Source: Eledone cirrhosa (taxonomy: Eukaryota). From it: a DNA stretch of 64,000 nucleotides. Under the pieces are notes generated by a model. It worked only from the letters and a program-made list of their open reading frames with translations, did no database searches and was not told where the DNA came from. A program made the translations under genes and the position numbers. The stretch spans positions 33,914,001 to 33,978,000 of the forward strand of contig OZ024753.1 of assembly GCA_964016885.1 (NCBI GenBank), read 5' to 3'. Shown here one piece after another: positions 57,704 through 64,000 of this stretch (positions are counted from its first letter, which is position 1; every line of letters begins with the position of its first letter).

Positions 57704-59104
57704 ATGTATGGCAGTAGTAATACACTCGGTAACAGCTAGTTTCATATATATCATTAGCAATACCATGTATCAAAATATATAATTTATCTCTGTGTTTACA
57801 TAACAAAGGTTCATTCTTTCGTAATACGAAATCATACCTCGAGTAACATAAATCGTAATTGAATTTTTTTATTAGAACTAATATAATTTTCTATTATATA
57901 TAAATCCACCTTCCAACAAAGGCTGACGAAGGAAGATATATGCCAGTTTGCCATGTGTTTTATATAATAGAAAATTAATTCCAATAGGAGAATTCAATTA
58001 CAATTCACTTATATTTTATTATCCTTTCCTCCTCTACTTCCTCATCAGTATCATTATCATCATCCCCATCAATATAATAGTCAATGTTTTCAGGAACACT
58101 ATCAAGAAGCTTGGTACGCTCATCTGGTTAAAATTTACAATATATTCTCTTCAATAATCGTTGGGAGTCGGGACTATTAATTTTCTTTTTTCTATATCTG
58201 GGGGCAGGAATGAATACCAGTCGAAAGAACAACTAAATTTACATATTAGCAATATAATTTGCAGGCCCTTGAGAAGAACGTTTGCTAGTGGTTCGACTGG
58301 GAGAAAATGAGAGGTTGGTTGATGGTGATGTCGGAAATTTCCTGAGATTTCATTGAATAAAGATAAGATTTGCCTCATCAATAACGAAATGCAAATATGC
58401 ATATTGTAGACTTAACATAGATGAATAGACACCTTACGTAAATTAGAAAGAAATACTAGCCAAATCCTGCTAAGCAGATCATCGATCAATTATTCTTCGA
58501 TCTACTTGATCATGTTGATTTATTTCCCTTCATCTCTCTCCCTTTCCCTATCCCTCTCTCCGTGTCTTCCTCTCTCTTCGTCTCTCTCTATATATATTCC
58601 TCTACCTCTCTTTCCCTCTCTCTTCGTTTCCAATTGCTTTGCTTTAATTTCTATTGTACTACAGAATTGTCCGTTCTTGAATTGCATTGAGAAGAGAGTA
58701 CTGCAACTTCTCATGGATCATTCCAATTGTCAGTGGAGCTATGTAGATATCTTGAATGGCCGAGATTTCAGATTTGAATTGACGTTCTCATGAGATTTGG
58801 TAGAATATTTCAATACATCATTGCAAGTTAATTTTGAGCACGATTTCAAAATTGTTGATGGCTATTTCTAGAATGTTGCAATTTCTGTAATTTAAAGAAA
58901 CATAAAACAGCTGGCTAGTACAGTTTCAATTCTCAAATGGATCCCTTTCCTTTACTTATACTATAAGCTGAACCCCTTAAATTCGACAACATTGAGGCAA
59001 GGCCATTGCTCAACCATGGAAAAACAGAAACATAGTCTTGAAAAACAGAAACATAGTCTTGCCATCTCATTCTACATATATATGGATATCTTATTAATGT
59101 TAGT

Positions 59105-59262
59105 GAGGCGGCGAATTGGGAGAGTGTCAGAACGTCAGATGGAATGGTTTGTGCTATTCATTATAGTTCTCCGTGCTCTGAGTTCAAATCTCACCCATAT
59201 CAGTTTTGCCTTTCATCTCGTCGGGGCCGATGATAAAATATCTGTCAAGTACTGGAGTAGAT
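59105..59262 (+). mobile_element. SINE family 1, diverged
   Basis: GAGTTCAAATC followed by GCCTTTCATCTCGTCGGGGCCGAT. Confidence 0.7.
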
Positions 59263-59477
59263 TCTTTTTCTATTGCTTTTTTTCATTTCCTCTCTAGAAC
59301 ATTCTTTCTCATTGTCAGGAAGAAATAAGCTGTGTTCAGACCTGGAGAAAGGAGGAGCTTTAACACGCTTTATCTCAATATGATGCCCCTACAATTCCAC
59401 CATGAGTGACAATATTGCTATAATATATATGCATACATGCGGAAGTATAGTATATGTATATAACATATATATATATA

Positions 59478-59536
59478 TTTAGTCCAGAAATAGCCGTCGA
59501 AACGGCTTGAGCTCTGCCGTCGGAGTCAAACATTTT

Positions 59537-59578
<42 letters not shown>

Positions 59579-59608
59579 AAAATGTTTGACCCCGACGGCA
59601 GAGCTCAA
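59478..59608. mobile_element. Two family A fragments tail-to-tail around (TA)n
   Basis: ttgagctctgccgtcggagtcaaacattttccta-(TA)n-taggaaaatgtttgaccccgacggcagagctcaa. Confidence 0.75.
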
Positions 59609-60098
59609 TATATATATATATATATATAGCTGACTGTTTTGAAATATTTCCATGTAATTGTAAGCTTTTAATCGAACATTATTAGTTGTAATGGAAAGTT
59701 GTAAAATGTAAGTTTGCAACATAAGAAGTCACAAAGTATTTAAAATCTCTAATTAAAATTTCAAATGAAACACAAATAACATTAAATCATTTCTATGCTC
59801 TAAGCTATATTGAAATGAATTAAAACCTTTCTTTCATTTTATTTCAAATATTCTCAAGAAAGTGATATACCTACGACCAAATGTAAATTTTGCAAGATGT
59901 ATAATTACTTAATATAACGCAAAAAAGTAATTCCAGGAATCAATATTAAGATTTACATTTAAACTTCTCATTAGCACATGGAAATTAATTAATTACAGAA
60001 GTAACTTTAAGAGACACACGACCATTTCATTTTCAACCCTATTTAGAATCAATGTTTATTTTTGTTTTAAACATTCATTCTTTATTTGCGCTTATATT

Positions 60099-60199
<101 letters not shown>

Positions 60200-60269
60200 T
60201 TCCTTGTTTCAATATGAACATGTTGTAAATGACAATCAAAATGTTTTCTTTTCATTATATGTTGTCTCA

Positions 60270-60675
60270 AGGGTAGAGGATTGGAAGAATCGTACGAGCG
60301 TCGGATAAAATGTTTTGTGGTATTTAGTTATTGCTCCTTATGTTTCAGGTTCAAATCTTTCCCAGCCTAACTTTGTCTTCTATATTTACGGGGTTGATAA
60401 GTTAAAGTACCAGTAACACACGGGGGCCGGTTTCATCGACTTCCTCTCCCCCAAAATTGCTGAACTTGTGCTTCGAGGGTAGAAAATCTGGCAAAATCGT
60501 AAGGGCGTCAAACAGAATACTTTGCGACATTTAGTTACGGTTCTCTACGTCCCGAGTTCAAATCTTACCGAGCTTAACTTTGCCTTTCATCCTTCTGGCG
60601 CCAATAAAATAAAACAGAAGTCAAGTATGAACCCCACCCTTTGCCAAAAACCATTGCTGGCCTTTGGCCAAGGTT
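60270..60675 (+). mobile_element. Two tandem diverged SINE family 1 copies
   Basis: Two B-boxes (GGTTCAAATC, GAGTTCAAATC), each followed by the core. Confidence 0.7.
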
Positions 60676-63019
60676 ATAAATCACTATATATTACATCAAA
60701 GTAATCTCGGATGCAGCAGGTTTTCTAGATAAGATCATAGAGCTATGTTGATAGTGTATTAGAAACTTAACCAACATGCTGGTAGTTAATGCTCAACTAC
60801 TAATGCTGTTATATGTCACCAATACATGGATCACAGAACAGCTCATGTCACAGCGTTGTTTGTACTTGAATGTTTTCTTGGCATTATATGTCATCTTAAA
60901 GTAATATTGGTTGATGCAATCTTCTTATAAAGATTATAAACAGACGTATTGGTGAGATATTGGAGAAAAATAACTGTCGAGTCGGTAGCTTATATCCAAC
61001 AACTGAAACTATAATATATTGATAAATATTACACCTACCACTCAACGGTAGTTTAAATCACCTCGTTGTAACTACGTACTACATTATTTTTTATTTTACC
61101 ATTATAAGAAAAGGCAGCTAAACATTTTTTTTTTCTCAAGGAAATCATTAAGTGGTGATATTAATACTATTATGCAGCAAATTAGCAGTCATTAGGACGT
61201 CAGATAGAATACTTTGCGGATATTTATTGTACACACGAAGTGAGAAAGAGATATAGAGGGAAATTCGATCTCAAAACTGGACTGATTCTTTATTATCGAC
61301 CTCGAAGTGGTGAAAAGCAAAATGGACTACGATAGGTTTAGGACTGAGAGCGCAGAGGGCCGGAATGAATACAGCAAAGCATTCGATCAGAGGTTCTGAT
61401 CACCCTGCCAATTAGCCGTTTTTTATCACTTTACCAACCCTTATAATGACTACGCTGTTCTCCTGCAAGACAACTATTTTAGAATAATTAGGAGCTGTAA
61501 ACATAATAGAGATATTGAAACTGCTACGTATGTAAAATGCTTCGATATCCAACTACTATGTGTTTTTTTCCATCAAAGCATTCCCAGTATTCCAGCGACT
61601 TGCTGTACTTCCGTTAATGTTTCTACGGCTGTCATAATACTTTATTCCTATCAATAAATGTAGATTTATTCACCAAAATGTATGCATTGCAGTAGATTGA
61701 AGAAAAGTTAGAATTAGAATACCTAATTAAACATTGTCACTTGCTAATTAAGCTGCATATGTTGGTGTCAGACAGAGTTATCAAATTAAATCTACGAGGA
61801 CAAAATTTGTCTCTTGTGGTGGAAAATCCAATCTCTTGCTTCTTATAATTCTCTTCTTTTTCCTATTACTGTTTGAAACGGCTCCCTCCTCTACTTCTCC
61901 TTTATCCACTTCCTCCTTCTTTCTCTCCACATTATGCACGACTGTTTGAATAAATACTCATTAGGTTGACAGGATTAGATCTTTAATTAATATTGATAGT
62001 TATAAACAAGCATAAAATTATTAAATACTTCCTTAGGGTTGCTTTACCACGGCTATAATAGTGTAATTTCAATGTTAATTCGCTTCAATTGGCTCTCCAG
62101 ATTAATCCACACAGTGTTTCAGATAATCGATGCTGTAAGAGTTCTAGCAATCAAAAATAAACATTATGTCAAGCGAGTCAAATATTATCTCATACATGGA
62201 ATGGATGTACTCTACTGAAAGATTTATACACTTTGTAATGGCGTTTCTCTGATGTAAAATAGCAGCAGAAATGCCGAGCAAATATATGTTTCACCTCATG
62301 AAATATTCATTTTATTATATTCATTTCGTTGTCGATAACTTCCCGACGATGTTGAAATACAAAACTCTGTGTTTTGGTTCATATACGTGTGTGTTTGAGA
62401 GCATGCAGCATACATATGTGTAGATAACATCATGTTAAAGATAATAAATATTCATTTAATTACATATAATAATCATGGCGGCGACAATAAAATCCGAAAT
62501 AGCATGACTGACTAAGATAGATTATTGAGCCAAATATGTGTTACTTTCAAGACATGTATTGCTATTGGGAAACGTTATTAGTTTGATTGAATAGAACAGA
62601 CAGAAATACATTTTGCTATTAAACATCAATGACATGATCCTTTACATGAGAAGTAATTCTCTATTTGCTGTGTAAACTAACGTGATGCTAGGTGAGCCAC
62701 ATCCTGTCCTTTATATCTCATTTCTACACAATTCTATTTTCCTAAGCTTTGACATTTATGATTTTGAATATCTAATTATTGAAGGAGGTGTATTGTGCAT
62801 ATGTGTACAAAGAACGGTTAAACATTCACAGAATGAGGACTCAATACATGGAAAAGGTAGCAGTGTCTTCAAATTGTTGGCGATGGTTCCTCCTAGTGAT
62901 TCATTCTTTCTTACGTATCTACATAAGGTTAATGTTATGCTGTGTTGAGAACATCAGAATGAGATCTAAATATGTCTGGATTGTATCTAGAACTATACAG
63001 AAAATAGAATATAATGGTT

Positions 63020-63193
63020 TCTGATTTAGGCACAGGGGGGGGGATATTCGATTAATCGACCCCATTATGTTACTGTTGCTTTATCAACCCCGTAAGGATG
63101 GAAGACAAAGCTAACCTAGAACGTGAAGGGTCGTAACTCTATGCCGCAAAGCATGGTGTCCGACGTTCTACTGATACTGCCAGTTCATCACCC
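63020..63193 (-). mobile_element. SINE family 1
   Basis: ccccgtaaggatg core and ctgatactgcca head. Confidence 0.75.
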
Positions 63194-63271
63194 TAGAAAA
63201 TAGAAAATACAACTAGACATTCAAATATTGTGTTTTATTTCTGTTTTGTATTTTCTCAATACCTATATTGA

Positions 63272-63629
63272 TGTAAGTCACCTGTAGCTCCGGGGAGAAG
63301 AGGGGGGGGGGGGGGAGAAAGACAGCTGCTCAGAAATTAAAGAAAGGAACTGAAACAGACTCCGCCTCTTGCTGGCTCTGAAACAGACCAGAAGAGTTAA
63401 ACTCAGAGCCATACAAGATTGACAATAACTAGCTACCACTGTGGTCACAGCCACTGAAGGACGTGGAAGCTTAGTATCGAAACCTCTGAGGCAAGCTGGA
63501 CATCACTCGATGACTTCTTCTCAAGGCTTAAGACTACCACCTTGTGTCACCACCTGTAGATGTATCTCATAGTATTTCCCATTGATATATCAATCTTGTA
63601 TGCATTAAACCTATTGACAATAATTTACA
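63272..63629 (+). mobile_element. Possible solo LTR
   Basis: Comparatively GC-rich island TGTAAGTCA...TAATTTACA (7/9 terminal inverted match), with ATTAAA near the end. No clear TSD. Confidence 0.35.
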
Positions 63630-64000
63630 TAAGATGTGTAGCATTGTATATTAAAACCATGATAAACATATTAAAATCATAATAAAATCATTTAATGTAA
63701 TTTATAGTAAAATTGGATATTGACATGATTAATATAATTAAGTCTTTAAAAGCAAAATTCCATAAACGCATTCCTAGTTTGGATAACATGCTTTGAAGAG
63801 AAACACTCGGAAATAATAAATCTTTTATATTTTAAAGTACATGAAATATTTTGGAAAATATGGAACGAAAATGTTTTGTGACATTTAAAATTAAAATGTC
63901 AAATGCTAACTAAGATATTTGAATATTCCTTAATTCTATATATTTCAGTGATATCATTATTTTAATTATTAACGACACTTCAGTCATTATTGCATTAATT

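Noticed and set aside
58650-58830. Possible hAT transposase C-terminal remnant (APLT...RSCS) on the minus strand
   Set aside because: It needs multiple frameshifts, and the similarity is too short to support without a search.

Overview
AT-rich eukaryotic, non-genic (intergenic or intronic) DNA saturated with (TA)n, (CA)n, (CAT)n, (GTA)n and (GATA)n microsatellites. The SINE types and microsatellite density suggest a coleoid cephalopod, probably Octopus; this is an inference. I find no intact protein-coding gene, and most long supplied ORFs are translations of simple repeats. Recognisable content: two tRNA-derived SINE families, RTE and R4/Dong non-LTR retrotransposon 3' remnants, several MITEs, two possible solo LTRs, and three copies of a ~600-bp non-autonomous element with an RTE-like head. 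The main signal lies in the short unique islands between (TA)n tracts. Many carry type I hammerhead ribozyme (HHR) motifs of the Penelope-like element (PLE) kind: about 16 motifs with all core elements in order, from about 11 unrelated sequence families, plus degenerate ones. Several use the compensatory U3-A8 core. These islands recur as asymmetric fold-back palindromes with a ribozyme on each strand (arms from ~50 bp to >1 kb), and once as a near-identical 591-bp tandem repeat resembling a retrozyme. All folds were derived by eye and none has been tested for activity.
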